This document shows positions 48,019 to 58,936 of a stretch of DNA of 64,000 nucleotides, piece by piece. Every line of letters starts with the position of its first letter. Within the stretch, counting starts at the first letter, position 1. The stretch is from positions 89,322 to 153,321 of the forward strand of contig JAHLVW010000036.1 of assembly GCA_019058275.1 (NCBI GenBank), written 5' to 3'. The notes below the pieces were generated by a model, which did not search any database, had not been told where the DNA came from, and saw only the letters and a program-made list of their open reading frames with translations. This stretch comes from Candidatus Heimdallarchaeota archaeon (GTDB lineage: Archaea > Asgardarchaeota > Heimdallarchaeia > JABLTI01). The translations under genes were made by a program, and so were the position numbers.

Positions 48019-50783
48019 TTAACGTGCAGGTATGGCTTTCCGTTTTCTTACCATAACTACGACAACGATGATGACTATAATAAGTACTAAACCACCACCA
48101 ACAATGACATAAGCCCACCATGGTATATTAGTTGCTGGGATTTCAACTTTAATATCGACAACATCGCTCCAATCGCTAGCAAGGTCATAATTGTCTACAG
48201 CCAGTACTCGGAAGTAATAGGTTCCATTTGTCAAACCTGAAACGACATGAGATAAGTCAGTAACATTGTAACTATTGATTGGTGTTGCAAAACCTATTTC
48301 TCTATCTACTTGTAATTCATAGTGATCAATTCCAGTATCATCTGTACTAGCATTCCAAGTAACTTCAACATTGCTTACCTCACTTACATCTCCAGGATCA
48401 TTAATATGAGGGTCAGTTGGTGGATCGTTGTAGAAGTAATCTATAGTTAATTCATACAAATGAGGACTTCGGTCACTTGCTCCAGTTATTTCTGCACGCC
48501 AACGTAGATCACTGCCTGGATTTGCGAAAATATGCTCTACACCTGGAGTAACAACATCCCAATTTGTTCCTCCATCTGCAGACATGAAGTAATCAATATC
48601 TGAACCTTCTGGAGTAAAATCTTCAGCATTAAGTGTTGCACTGTAAATAATACGACTTACTGAATCAACAGACAAGGATTGTGCAAAAGTTGTTCCAGCT
48701 ACATAAGTATCTGCTGCACTTTCAAAGTGACGGAGAATAACAAGGGAGGATTTGTTAGCAACGTAAGTAAAGTCACCATGTGTAGTAATTTGTATTGCAC
48801 CAGTTGCATCAGCATAATTGCTTTCTTCAACGATATTTATTGTATTTGTGGCATTTATAATTGAAACACCGTCAGTTAATGCAGCACTTAAAACATATGG
48901 ACCGAAATTCCAAACACCCATTGAATCATGAATAATCCAATCCGGGTATGTGAAAGCGAAAGGATCAGAAACATTGTATTCCGACATCCAACGACCCGCT
49001 CCAAGATAAGCTAACCCCCCATCAACTTTGATATCCCAAATTGTAGGAACTCTATTTTTTGATAAAATGATTCTAGTATTTGTTAAATCTCGGATATCAT
49101 GAACATGGAAACAAGGATCTGCACTTGAATGCCATTCAACAGTGTACAAATGTGGTCCCTGCACCCAGAGAGCTGTGACGTTTGTTCCAAAGTGGGGTTC
49201 GCTAAATTGATCTGGTAGAAAATTGAAGTTTGTTGGTTGTGAAACATTCTCTATAGCTACTCCTCCTTGTCCCCAAGATATATACACTACTTCTCCATGT
49301 ACAAATACATCTATGCATTGATTAAGCCAATTATAATGCACTTGTTTAATATCTGATGGATCTCGAATGTCAAAAATATAGTATCCATTGTAGCTTATGA
49401 CATGAGCGAATGATCCTTTAATATCTAATTTTCGTGCGTTACCTGCTATTGGGATATGGTCAAGAAGAGTAGGATTTGAAGGATCACTTACATCCAATGT
49501 ATAGAAACCATCAGGTCCTCCAGCACAATATGCTATATTGCCATCCACACGTACATCCCAACATTGAAGATCATCAAAAGCATTTGGATAAGCGGATTTT
49601 GAGAAATCAGTAATCCCTCCACCAAAAGCAGCAATTTCATAAGTGTAGATTCCAAGATCCGCTCCTACAACAAGAATTCCGCCATATATATCAACGTCCC
49701 AAGCGTCACCAAATGGAAGTGGGTATTGTTCAGTAGCTAAAATAGGATTTTCTGGATCTCTAACATCAAGAACTTTTACACCACCACTGCCATCAGCAAC
49801 AAAAAGGGTGTTTCCTTGTTTAACCAATCGTCTTGCATTACCGTTTGTATCGTAGCTTCCAATAATCTCAGGATTTGAAGGATCTCGAATGTCAATAACA
49901 TGAACTCCTCCTGGACCATCTGCTAAATACGCATAATATCCATCAATAATTACATCCGTGGCGTTTCCCGGTGTATCAACATGACCATACTCAATTACAT
50001 GATTTTTATTTGATACATTAAGAATATACATTCCCATATCGCTTTCGGCTAGATATGCAAAATGTCCTTCAACTTCCAAACCTAAAGTTTTACTGGAACT
50101 CCAATCACAAAGGTGTATCAATTATATTATTGAGATTCATTACATCAACAATGTTTAATGAACTGTCAATAGTGCTTCCATATGATGTATAATACGCAAA
50201 AGGTCCTTCAATATCAATATCTGTTACAGAACCAGTAGCACCTTCATAGTCTCTAAGTAGCTGAAATACCCAATTCATATGGTGATGTATTGTTATAAGA
50301 AGAAATCCTGGGTGCACTACCTGCTCTTCCAGTTAAAAGCAAATGTCCTTCGACAGCAATGGAGATTAAGTCTCCCCATGAATTTCTAGTACTATCTAAA
50401 ACTAAATTCGAAGGTTCTCTTAGGCTTACTGCTTGAAGGTCTCTATCTGCTAAACCAGAGGGATTATAATTAACGTAATAAACATGACGTCCATCAACAT
50501 CGATTTCACGTACAGGGTGTGGTGTCATATAGAGATCTAACCAATCCCAAGTGAAATTTCTGGGATTTGTTACAGTTCCATCACCCCATCCTTCAGCAGT
50601 TGTAGAGACATCCATAAAGGTAGTGGTATCAAAGTTTTCATTATAAAGTGCATATGTATTAGGAATAAAACTATCAGAAGGATTAGAGGTTTTTGAACTA
50701 ACATTAATTAAAATCATACTTGCGTTCATAAGTAAAATTAAAATTGCAAAATATGAAAATAAATTTCTAGATTCAATTCTCAT
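48019..50783 (-). pseudogene. Large surface protein (signal peptide, LVIVD beta-propeller repeats, fibronectin III domain, C-terminal TM) split by two +1 frameshifts
   Basis: ORFs 50253..50783, 50105..50317 and 48019..50121 join into ~920 aa; YAYLAD...G.HVIDIRDPSNP repeats; YYFRVLAVD FN3. Span is 2765 nt (3n+2). Confidence 0.8.
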
Positions 50784-50968
50784 AGGAATTTAACTCCAAC
50801 AAATACTATAAATAAAAAATAGCAGAGATTTAATAAAAGGATATCTTACTTTTTTAATCCAATAAGGCAAGAATTTGAATACATTTCTTGTTTTAATATT
50901 ATTTATCCATTATTTTTAACAACAACAAAAGGTTTATTTTTGAACAGATTTAATCTCAGAAGAAGAAA

Positions 50969-51670
50969 ATGTTAAAGCAAAAGAAATCATATTTAATGAT
51001 TTTTAGTATATTATTACTTACAATTAGCTTAGGGATTAGTGTAACATTAGTAAGAAGCTATAGTGTATTGATTATAGAAGATGAAGTGGAACAACTTGTT
51101 ATTGAAGATCTAGTAGCTGATGTCAATTATGATATTACAGTAGAACCATATTCTTCATATTTTAGTTATGACATTGGATTTACAATTCATACTAATGATG
51201 ATTTTGACAATAATTCTAAACTCATTACTGTTGATAATCCTGGATTAGGAATTGAGAATATAGTTTTTGTAGTTGAAAATGATGGAGACTATTACTTAGA
51301 GACTTGGATTACTGATGATGATGGTCTCTTGGAAATAACAGTTAAAGAAAATGATACTGGTATAGAAATGGATATCAGTACCTATTATACAACATATGAA
51401 CCTCCAAATCTAACTTGGTTATGGATTGTAATTGGAGTTATTCCATTTCTATTAATAATGATAGTAGTAGTATTAGTCATAGTATTTGCTTCTCGAGCTG
51501 GAAAGAAGCTTTTAGATGAAGCCAGATCGATTGATTACACTCAAATTGAACAACCACTTACAGTAATAAAGAAAAGAGGAAAAAGAATCTGTCCATATTG
51601 TAAAATTAAACTGTCTGTTGATGCAGAAATTAAATGTCCTTATTGTGGAGCTCCTATAACTGAGGAGTAA
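50969..51670 (+). CDS. Single-pass membrane protein with a cytoplasmic zinc ribbon
   Basis: Signal peptide, acidic beta-rich ectodomain, TM helix, CPYC-x11-CPYC. Confidence 0.7.
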   Translation: MLKQKKSYLMIFSILLLTISLGISVTLVRSYSVLIIEDEVEQLVIEDLVADVNYDITVEPYSSYFSYDIGFTIHTNDDFDNNSKLITVDNPGLGIENIVFVVENDGDYYLETWITDDDGLLEITVKENDTGIEMDISTYYTTYEPPNLTWLWIVIGVIPFLLIMIVVVLVIVFASRAGKKLLDEARSIDYTQIEQPLTVIKKRGKRICPYCKIKLSVDAEIKCPYCGAPITEE

Positions 51671-52039
51671 CATCTTCAGATATTCATTTCTTTTTGCATA
51701 AAAAAAACAAATATCCTTGAGCTTTAATATTTCAAATATAACACTTTAATTGTTGTTATTTATGACAGCTATAGATATTCTTTGCTTGGATCATCGTACA
51801 ATTTACAAATCTGGTTTCTCTTTTGATGAGACAAGTGATATGCTTGTTGCTTTCTCTTGGACTATAAGAAATGCAAACAGATACATGTCTGAACCATTTA
51901 TACATTTCTATAAAAAATAAAACCAATAAAGAAATGATTTTCTTTTTATGTTTTATGTAGTTTATAATTTGATTTGTCTTAAGAAAATTTTTTATAATCA
52001 TAAAAGATTACTATATCGAATTTAAAGGAAGGAAGAGAT

Positions 52040-53203
52040 TTGTTCTCTTTAAAACCTAAAAGATTGAAATTACTATTTTCGATAATTCTTATGTTCTCAA
52101 TTAGTTGGTCGAGTATGTTAATTTTGGGTACATACTGCTTCAATCATAATGATAATTTTATTCAAAATGATGCTGATATAACAGTTAATATAACAGTAGC
52201 TGATGGACCATTAGTTGTGCAAAATGATTTTGTTTTTTTGAAGCAATGGGAAAGTACAATTATTAAAATTGATATTTCTGATATTAATAATCCTAGCTCA
52301 CCAACAAATGTTACTGACGGAGAACTTAGAACTGGTGACTATGTTGTTTATGAAAATAAGCTCTTTGTATCCACGCCAGAAAATATGTTGGTATATGATG
52401 TAACCAATCCAGGTTCAATAGGTGATCCAATCTACAATTGGTCAAATCCAGATTTTGGTAATATAATAACTAGTGCTGATTATTTCGCTATTGTAAATGA
52501 TATTGCTTACATGACTGAAAATCGAATTCTATATATTTTTGACTTCTCAGATTTATCAAATTTAACATATCTAAATTCATCAAATTTAGATATATGTTCA
52601 AATGATTTTACTTACAATAATGGTTATCTTTACTTTCCGTTAGAGCAAGAGAATCCAATTGATGAAAGCAGTTGTTACTATTTTGGTTTAGTAGATGTAT
52701 CAAATCCTTCAGTTTTGAATCCAATGATTACTTTGGAGAATGATTCAATTAGTGGCAGTTGTGATGTAGAAGTAAAAGGAAACTATGCTTATTTAACAGT
52801 AAATGATTTTGATAATCATCGATGCTTTCTAACAGTAGTTGATGTTTCTAATAAAACTCAACCTGAAAAAGTTACTTCTGTAGAACTTGGTGCAGATTAT
52901 GTACATCACATAACCATCAATGAAAATACTATCTATATTGGTTTAGACGATGAGGGATTAGCTGTAATAGATATTTCTGATCCTGATAACCCTAGTGAAC
53001 CTATCTATAATAGATTTAATAGATTTCCTTGTGATGTTCGTTATGTTTTAGTTCACAACGATTATCTACTTTTTACTTATAATCCTGGTTTAGGAATAAT
53101 CGCTCTAAGTGAAGCTTCGAAATCTAACTTAGCAACTATATTTTATCCATTAATAATAATAACAGGATTGATCTTTCCAGTTGTTATTAAAAGGAAAAGA
53201 TAG
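52040..53203 (+). CDS. LVIVD-repeat secreted protein with a C-terminal anchor
   Basis: IDISDINNP, VDVSNP, LAVIDISDPDNP repeats; TM followed by KRKR. Confidence 0.8.
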   Translation: MFSLKPKRLKLLFSIILMFSISWSSMLILGTYCFNHNDNFIQNDADITVNITVADGPLVVQNDFVFLKQWESTIIKIDISDINNPSSPTNVTDGELRTGDYVVYENKLFVSTPENMLVYDVTNPGSIGDPIYNWSNPDFGNIITSADYFAIVNDIAYMTENRILYIFDFSDLSNLTYLNSSNLDICSNDFTYNNGYLYFPLEQENPIDESSCYYFGLVDVSNPSVLNPMITLENDSISGSCDVEVKGNYAYLTVNDFDNHRCFLTVVDVSNKTQPEKVTSVELGADYVHHITINENTIYIGLDDEGLAVIDISDPDNPSEPIYNRFNRFPCDVRYVLVHNDYLLFTYNPGLGIIALSEASKSNLATIFYPLIIITGLIFPVVIKRKR

Positions 53204-53215
53204 ATTCCTTTTCTT

Positions 53216-53776
53216 TCATCTTATTTTTTGAATCATTTCATATTCTCTTTTTTCGTCCTCTTTGCTTGAAAAGATGCCTAATTGTTTTCCAATAGTAACA
53301 GCAAATTTAGCTACTGCGACACCTTTTGCAGTTATAACATTTCCATCAACAACTACATCCTCTTTTACATAGTTACCTTCTGTGAAATTTTTTTGCCACG
53401 ATTCAGGAAGCTCACCACCACATGCAGTAAAATTTTTATTTTCTAAAATATCTGTGTTTGCAAGTAAAACTGGTCCACCACATATAGCAGCAATCAGCTT
53501 CTTTTTGGAATGTAATTGTTCAAGAAGAGTTTGAATTGCAGATCCCTTTTTTAGGTGTTGATGAGTATTTCCACCAGGTATAACTAGAACATCAACTTTA
53601 TCCACATCAATCTCATTGATTGACATGTCAGGAGTAAAATTTAATGTCTCCTCACTTACAATTCGTTCCTTTTTCTCACTAACAGTAATTACATTAGTTT
53701 TTCTAAGAATAAATGCTGGGAAAATCATTTCATAACCAGAGAAATCTTTAAACAATAAGAAGTATGAATTGATCAT
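53216..53776 (-). CDS. DJ-1/PfpI family protein
   Basis: FSGYE, VIPGG, AAICGGP, VVDGNVITAKG. Confidence 0.9.
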   Translation of the reverse strand: MINSYFLLFKDFSGYEMIFPAFILRKTNVITVSEKKERIVSEETLNFTPDMSINEIDVDKVDVLVIPGGNTHQHLKKGSAIQTLLEQLHSKKKLIAAICGGPVLLANTDILENKNFTACGGELPESWQKNFTEGNYVKEDVVVDGNVITAKGVAVAKFAVTIGKQLGIFSSKEDEKREYEMIQKIR

Positions 53777-53860
53777 GATAAATCAATTAAAAAGGTACTA
53801 GTCAATGTATATGTTTTATTCTAACTCTGAAAAGAAAAAAAAGAAAGATGATGAATGAAT

Positions 53861-54676
53861 TCATCGCTTTCTCATATAACCTACTGCTAATCCTAACGTA
53901 AGTAAAGCTATAAAACCTGTTGCCCAATGAATTGATGCTTTTTGAGTACTATTCTCATTAAGTAGAATAAGATGTACCTCAGAAACTTCGCCTTCGATCT
54001 TTATATACGCATAGACATCTACTTTGTCCAATATTCCCCATTCAGTATTGTAGCTAATTTCCATACTCTGTCTAATTGTCACAAATCCTCCAACAAAGAA
54101 AAGCACATATTGATCTTCAAATTCATATCTCTGTGTAAATAAGTCGTCTGTGAGTGTTACATCAAAAACATGGGTATCATTATCGACTATATATGGTTCC
54201 ATTTCATCGTATAAGTAATCAAATGAACTTTCATTTCCAGTTGCAAATTCAAATACCGTAGGTATTACAAATAACCATGCAACAAGTATTTCATCTGTCG
54301 CATCTAGTAACAAATTCAATGATGATAGATTATCTGTTACATAGACATCATTGAGATAAAATTCTGCCCAATCTACATCAGTGAAGAATAAATCAGTGAA
54401 ACTGCTAATGTTAGCTTCATCAGGATCCTTTGTAATTTTTAATTTAAGTTGATCTCCTTCTTCTACTTGATGACCAGTTTTTAAAATCCATTCAGCTTCT
54501 TGTCCTTTTGTATCGAATTTGGCAACATCCCATACAAGTTCTTCATCTGGAACTAAATGGTCGGAATAGTAAAAATCAGTGATAACATCATTTGCTACTA
54601 AATTTCCACTACTATATGAAAATGTTAGAAATGAAATGATGAGTATACCAAAAATAATTTTGTTTTTAATTCGCAT
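53861..54676 (-). CDS. Secreted acidic protein with a C-terminal membrane anchor, unknown function
   Basis: Signal peptide, D/E-rich body, TM followed by MRKR. Confidence 0.7.
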   Translation of the reverse strand: MRIKNKIIFGILIISFLTFSYSSGNLVANDVITDFYYSDHLVPDEELVWDVAKFDTKGQEAEWILKTGHQVEEGDQLKLKITKDPDEANISSFTDLFFTDVDWAEFYLNDVYVTDNLSSLNLLLDATDEILVAWLFVIPTVFEFATGNESSFDYLYDEMEPYIVDNDTHVFDVTLTDDLFTQRYEFEDQYVLFFVGGFVTIRQSMEISYNTEWGILDKVDVYAYIKIEGEVSEVHLILLNENSTQKASIHWATGFIALLTLGLAVGYMRKR

Positions 54677-54878
54677 ATATCCTACTCCTCGTAAAAAATA
54701 TTGTTGCTAAAGTAATCTTTTAGTCTTTAATAAATTATTCTCGAAAAAAAGATAATAATGATAAAAAAGACATACAATAATTAGTTGTACACTCATTTAT
54801 TGAACTCACTTCAATTTGGAAAATATAATTTTTGAATAAAAATCCAAGAAAAGGATTTTTACACCCTTTCTTTGCAAT

Positions 54879-55979
54879 TTATACTATTCTGATGTGGGTT
54901 TGTTCAATTGGACTTTTTATTGGTTCACCATATGGCAGGTATTTATCAATCAATGCTGAAACATCATTATAGTTCATATCTGCGTTATAATTTTCCATCA
55001 CTCTTTTCAAACCAAGATGGATTTGCTCTGTAGGGTACTTGCATGCAATAAAACCTGCAAATTTACCTTCTTTATTAAGAATAAGCGAATATTCGCCCAA
55101 ATCAATTTCTCGTGGAAAGACCTCCTCTCCAACTATTTCTGTTGCGAATGCTGCTATTGCTGTAGCAACTCCAGAAATTAGATGCTAATTCATTTTGTGT
55201 GTTGTTGAGAAGATACCTTGGTAGAGGTTTAATCCATGTTCATTATAGATGTTTATTGAAATTACTTGTGAAGAACCATAAAGAGAAGTTTTACCTCCTA
55301 ATAACATCCCTATAGCAAGTAAACCTGCCCCAATGCTAGTAGATACAAGTTCAGCATGAAGAAAGGCTTTCTGGAATAATACTATGAATCTTAATACATA
55401 AATTCCGATGCTCACAAAGAAAGCAATTATCACTCCAGCAATCAAGAAGTTAGTACTCTTCTTGTATTTTTCATCAATTATTGAAAGCTATCGAATGAGA
55501 TGCGTTAGAAAGTAAGTTCCTGATAGAATCACGCTGCTTGCTAAGCAGATTATCCATACAATGTTAGCTGATGCTTTTGTAAGATCCAAATCAGCGTCAT
55601 AAACAACTGAAAAAACATCAGGAGAGAGTGTTAATGCAAATACCCCGCCAATAACTAGGAAAACGACATATAATGTAACTCGTTTCAAAGGTATTTGACC
55701 ACTTAAAGAGCTAGCAAAAAGAACATTACATATCATTGCCAAACCGTTAGCAATAACTCCAATAACAATAAAATAATAAGAAATCTTGACATCAATAGGA
55801 TTACTAAAAATTGTCTGGAACAAACCAGCAAGAATCCATAAACCAATTAGTACTTCTAAACCTAGGAAATAATATAACGGAGTTGATTTTAGACTCCATT
55901 GTTTTACAATAATTATAATTATACTTACAATGATTATTACTAAAGAGATAGAACTGTAAATAATAGATAAGTAATTCAT
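54879..55979 (-). pseudogene. 7TM membrane protein with a C-terminal longin/roadblock-like domain, interrupted by two in-frame TAG codons
   Basis: ORFs 55488..55979, 55185..55445 and 54879..55100 share one frame (1101 nt). Read-through gives HLIR*LSIIDEK and KMN*HLISGVATAIAAFATE. Confidence 0.7.
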
Positions 55980-56127
55980 AACTCTTATAGGATTAAAGGA
56001 ATTAAATAAGTTACTTTCTTTGCAAACGACAAAATTTTAGTTTGAAGATTTCATTTATCTTTTTAAGGTAAAAAAATAAACGAAAAGAAGTCCTGTTCAG
56101 ATAAAAGAAAAATAGCGATAAGCTAAA

Positions 56128-57837
56128 TTATGCTTTTTTTAGATCATTATTTTTCTGTAAAAATTCTTCAGCTAAACGCCATTGAGTAATGTCTTCACCA
56201 GAACAAATCGTTGCTTCTACTACTCCTTCATCATTTTTTATGATACTATTATGCCAGGAAATAAGTCTTTCATCATAATCTTTAGTTAAAATATAATTTT
56301 CAAAATAATCTTCTGGAGAAATCTCCCCATTAATTGCTTTATTGAAAGTGTCTCTCACTCCAGCTTTTACTCGTTCAGGAAGACAATAATCAATCCAATT
56401 TTTGCCAATAAGCTCATTTTTAGTATAACCAAAGATTTCACATCCACGTTTATTTATTTGAACTATGTTGGCGTTCCTATCAAGAACAACTAAAAGGGCA
56501 CCAGCCATTTCAAAATACTTTTGGGCAATATTACGTTCTTTCAGTAGTTTTTGTTCAAGTTCAGCTCTTTTTGTTACCTCAACGATTATTAGTGCAATTG
56601 CAGAACTATCTTCAGAAGAAAATTTCTTTAATTGAGTGGAAACCCAGATTGTTCTTTTATCTTGAGTAATTATTCTGCAATAAAATTCAGGAACTTCACC
56701 TTCTTCTTCAACGATTTTGAATTGCTCCATGACATTATCTACATCTTCAGGATGAATGATATTTCTGAGATGAGCTAATTCCATAGAAGAAATTTTAGTA
56801 TGAGTATAACCAGAATGTTTGATTATAACATCATTTGCAAAAATTACTTTACAATCCTTTATGATCATTATCCCCGCTACAGATTGTTCAATTAATGAAC
56901 GGAACTTATCCTCACTTTGCACTAATTTCCTTTCAGTGTTTTTACGATTGGTAATGTCAATAATTATTCCCTCACAATTGCCTTCTTTTGGATAATAGCT
57001 AGCTGAATGACTGCCCCAAACAGTTGAACCATCCCTGCGCTTTAATTGAACTTCATAATCAGTAATTTTACCTTGAGTTTTCAAAACTTCAATAATATGT
57101 TTTCGATCCTCAAGATTCAAGTAAAAATCAAAAACCTTAGATTTTTCTTTTAATTCCTTTACAGATGAATAGCCTGCAGCAAGAGCAAGTTTCAAATTTG
57201 CTTCTAATATTTCACCAGTTTCAATATCTGTTCGAAATACTCCTGCATTTAGATTTTCAAATAAATTGCTATACTTAATTTCAGTCTCTTTATATTCTGT
57301 ATTATCTATTATAACTGATGAAATGGATACAAGTTTACCTTCGATATTATAAGCGCCAATGTTGAATTGAAGACACCATCGTTCTGCTCCATCTTTCTTA
57401 ATTATTTTATAATCCATCAATTTTGGAACAATTCCACTTTCCATTTCATTATAGAATCTCATGTAATATTCACGAAAATCTGGATGAACTATAGAAGATA
57501 TAAAATTAGGGATTTTCTTCCATTCAGTTATCGAATATCCACTTAATTCAGCAAGAAATTTATCAATTAAAGTCATTTTTCCAGAAGGAATATCCATCTT
57601 GATAAAACCTCTTACTCTTTTAGTAAGCTGTTGATAGAGATTATCAAGTTCAGAAATCTGTTGTTCTAATTGAGCTACTTGAAATTCTAATTTTTTCTCA
57701 GCAATTAATTTGTCTGTTTCAGACAAATTATTTATTTTAACTGTAGAACATTCAAATCCATTTTCATTTAGTAATGTTATTGCTTCATCTATTTTTTTTG
57801 CTTCTAATTGTATCACTTTCAAATTAATTTCTCCCAC
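56128..57837 (-). CDS. Multi-PAS-domain sensor protein (about four PAS/PAC) with no output domain
   Basis: VHPDFR, IHPED, DITNRK, EDITQW repeats; no HisKA or HATPase motifs. Confidence 0.85.
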   Translation of the reverse strand: MGEINLKVIQLEAKKIDEAITLLNENGFECSTVKINNLSETDKLIAEKKLEFQVAQLEQQISELDNLYQQLTKRVRGFIKMDIPSGKMTLIDKFLAELSGYSITEWKKIPNFISSIVHPDFREYYMRFYNEMESGIVPKLMDYKIIKKDGAERWCLQFNIGAYNIEGKLVSISSVIIDNTEYKETEIKYSNLFENLNAGVFRTDIETGEILEANLKLALAAGYSSVKELKEKSKVFDFYLNLEDRKHIIEVLKTQGKITDYEVQLKRRDGSTVWGSHSASYYPKEGNCEGIIIDITNRKNTERKLVQSEDKFRSLIEQSVAGIMIIKDCKVIFANDVIIKHSGYTHTKISSMELAHLRNIIHPEDVDNVMEQFKIVEEEGEVPEFYCRIITQDKRTIWVSTQLKKFSSEDSSAIALIIVEVTKRAELEQKLLKERNIAQKYFEMAGALLVVLDRNANIVQINKRGCEIFGYTKNELIGKNWIDYCLPERVKAGVRDTFNKAINGEISPEDYFENYILTKDYDERLISWHNSIIKNDEGVVEATICSGEDITQWRLAEEFLQKNNDLKKA

Positions 57838-58034
57838 AATACAAATGAGAAAGGTTGGCGTGATTAAAAATTAACAGTTTTAAGACACTATTTCTGAAAC
57901 GATACAATCAGCTATTTAAACCTAATATCTAATTTGATTTTGAAACAATAATTGAAAATTCTCGATGAAAGCTATATTTGTTGTTTTAAAGATCATTAAT
58001 GTTATCTTGAAGCAGCCCTGTAATATCATTTAAT

Positions 58035-58165
58035 AGAAATAAAATAGGACAGGAGCAAAGAAAGCCCCTGTCACAGGAAAAGGGAGTTATTTTATAGGGG
58101 AGAGAGGTTTATGGGATTCGGAGAGCAAAATCTTACAAGAAAATGTATTACTTCGCTCTCCACAT
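58035..58165 (-). ncRNA. Candidate structured small RNA or 5' leader
   Basis: TATA-like TTTATAA at 58190-58184; hairpins at 58120-58161 and 58048-58072 pair better on the minus strand (G-U); T-rich tail. Confidence 0.3.
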
Positions 58166-58266
58166 CATCTTATACTCATTTAGTTATAAATAGTTATTAG
58201 TTTAGAAACAAAGGTTCTCTCTTTTTTCTCTTTCTAAAGTTTTTCCAGAGAAATAGTTGTTGAGTA

Positions 58267-58899
58267 TTAAATTTCTTTAAGGACAACTTCTCCTTTGGGT
58301 TCCAATTCTTTGTAGATTATCCCCGAGAAGAAGTGAATCTCAGTCTTTGGATTTTTCCAAGCATCTGTTGGTAACCAAGCCTTATTGCAGGTGTGTTCCA
58401 GAAATTCCTCTACATTCCATTTCCACTCGACTGGCACTTGTGGAAGTAGTAAACCACTTTGTCCTCCTCTCTTGACTATTAATCCATCTCTTCCAATCTT
58501 TATTTTCTTGAGATATTCCTTTGGATCTTTTACCTTAAGCAATTTTGGTGGTGTTAAAATTGTTACTTCTATCAAGATTTCATTCATTTCATCTATTTCT
58601 ACGGCTGGAAATCTAGGATCTCCGACAGCAGCGCTTTTTGCTGCTTCAATTGTTGCTTTTATTAAAGGATAAATTGGAGTTGGAAATCCAATGCATCCAC
58701 GAAGCCTTTTCTTTCCCTCTTCATCTGGTTTGTTTAAAGTAACGAATATTCCTGAATCTTCAAGAAATTTTTCAGGAGTATCTTCTGGTTGTGGAAGTAA
58801 TTTTCCAAAAGTTAGAAAGTTTAAGATTGATTTTCTTGCAATGGAAACTAGATATCTCCCATCTTCTATTGTATATTCAGGATCACTTTTTTGACTCAT
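58267..58899 (-). CDS. AMMECR1 family protein (TIGR00296-like)
   Basis: GIFVTL, LRGCIG, DPRFP, GLLLPQV, CNKA. Confidence 0.93.
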   Translation of the reverse strand: MSQKSDPEYTIEDGRYLVSIARKSILNFLTFGKLLPQPEDTPEKFLEDSGIFVTLNKPDEEGKKRLRGCIGFPTPIYPLIKATIEAAKSAAVGDPRFPAVEIDEMNEILIEVTILTPPKLLKVKDPKEYLKKIKIGRDGLIVKRGGQSGLLLPQVPVEWKWNVEEFLEHTCNKAWLPTDAWKNPKTEIHFFSGIIYKELEPKGEVVLKEI

Positions 58900-58936
58900 T
58901 CTCTATCTCTCTTTCATTTTTAATTTATAAAGACTA

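Noticed and set aside
49350-49900. Repeated GGATCTCGAATGTCAA segments as a mobile or diversity-generating repeat
   Set aside because: They correspond to LVIVD protein repeats (DIRDPS); no reverse transcriptase or adenine-specific variation was seen.
51756-52001. 81-aa minus-strand ORF
   Set aside because: Low-complexity AT-rich translation overlapping the probable promoter of the next gene; no motif.
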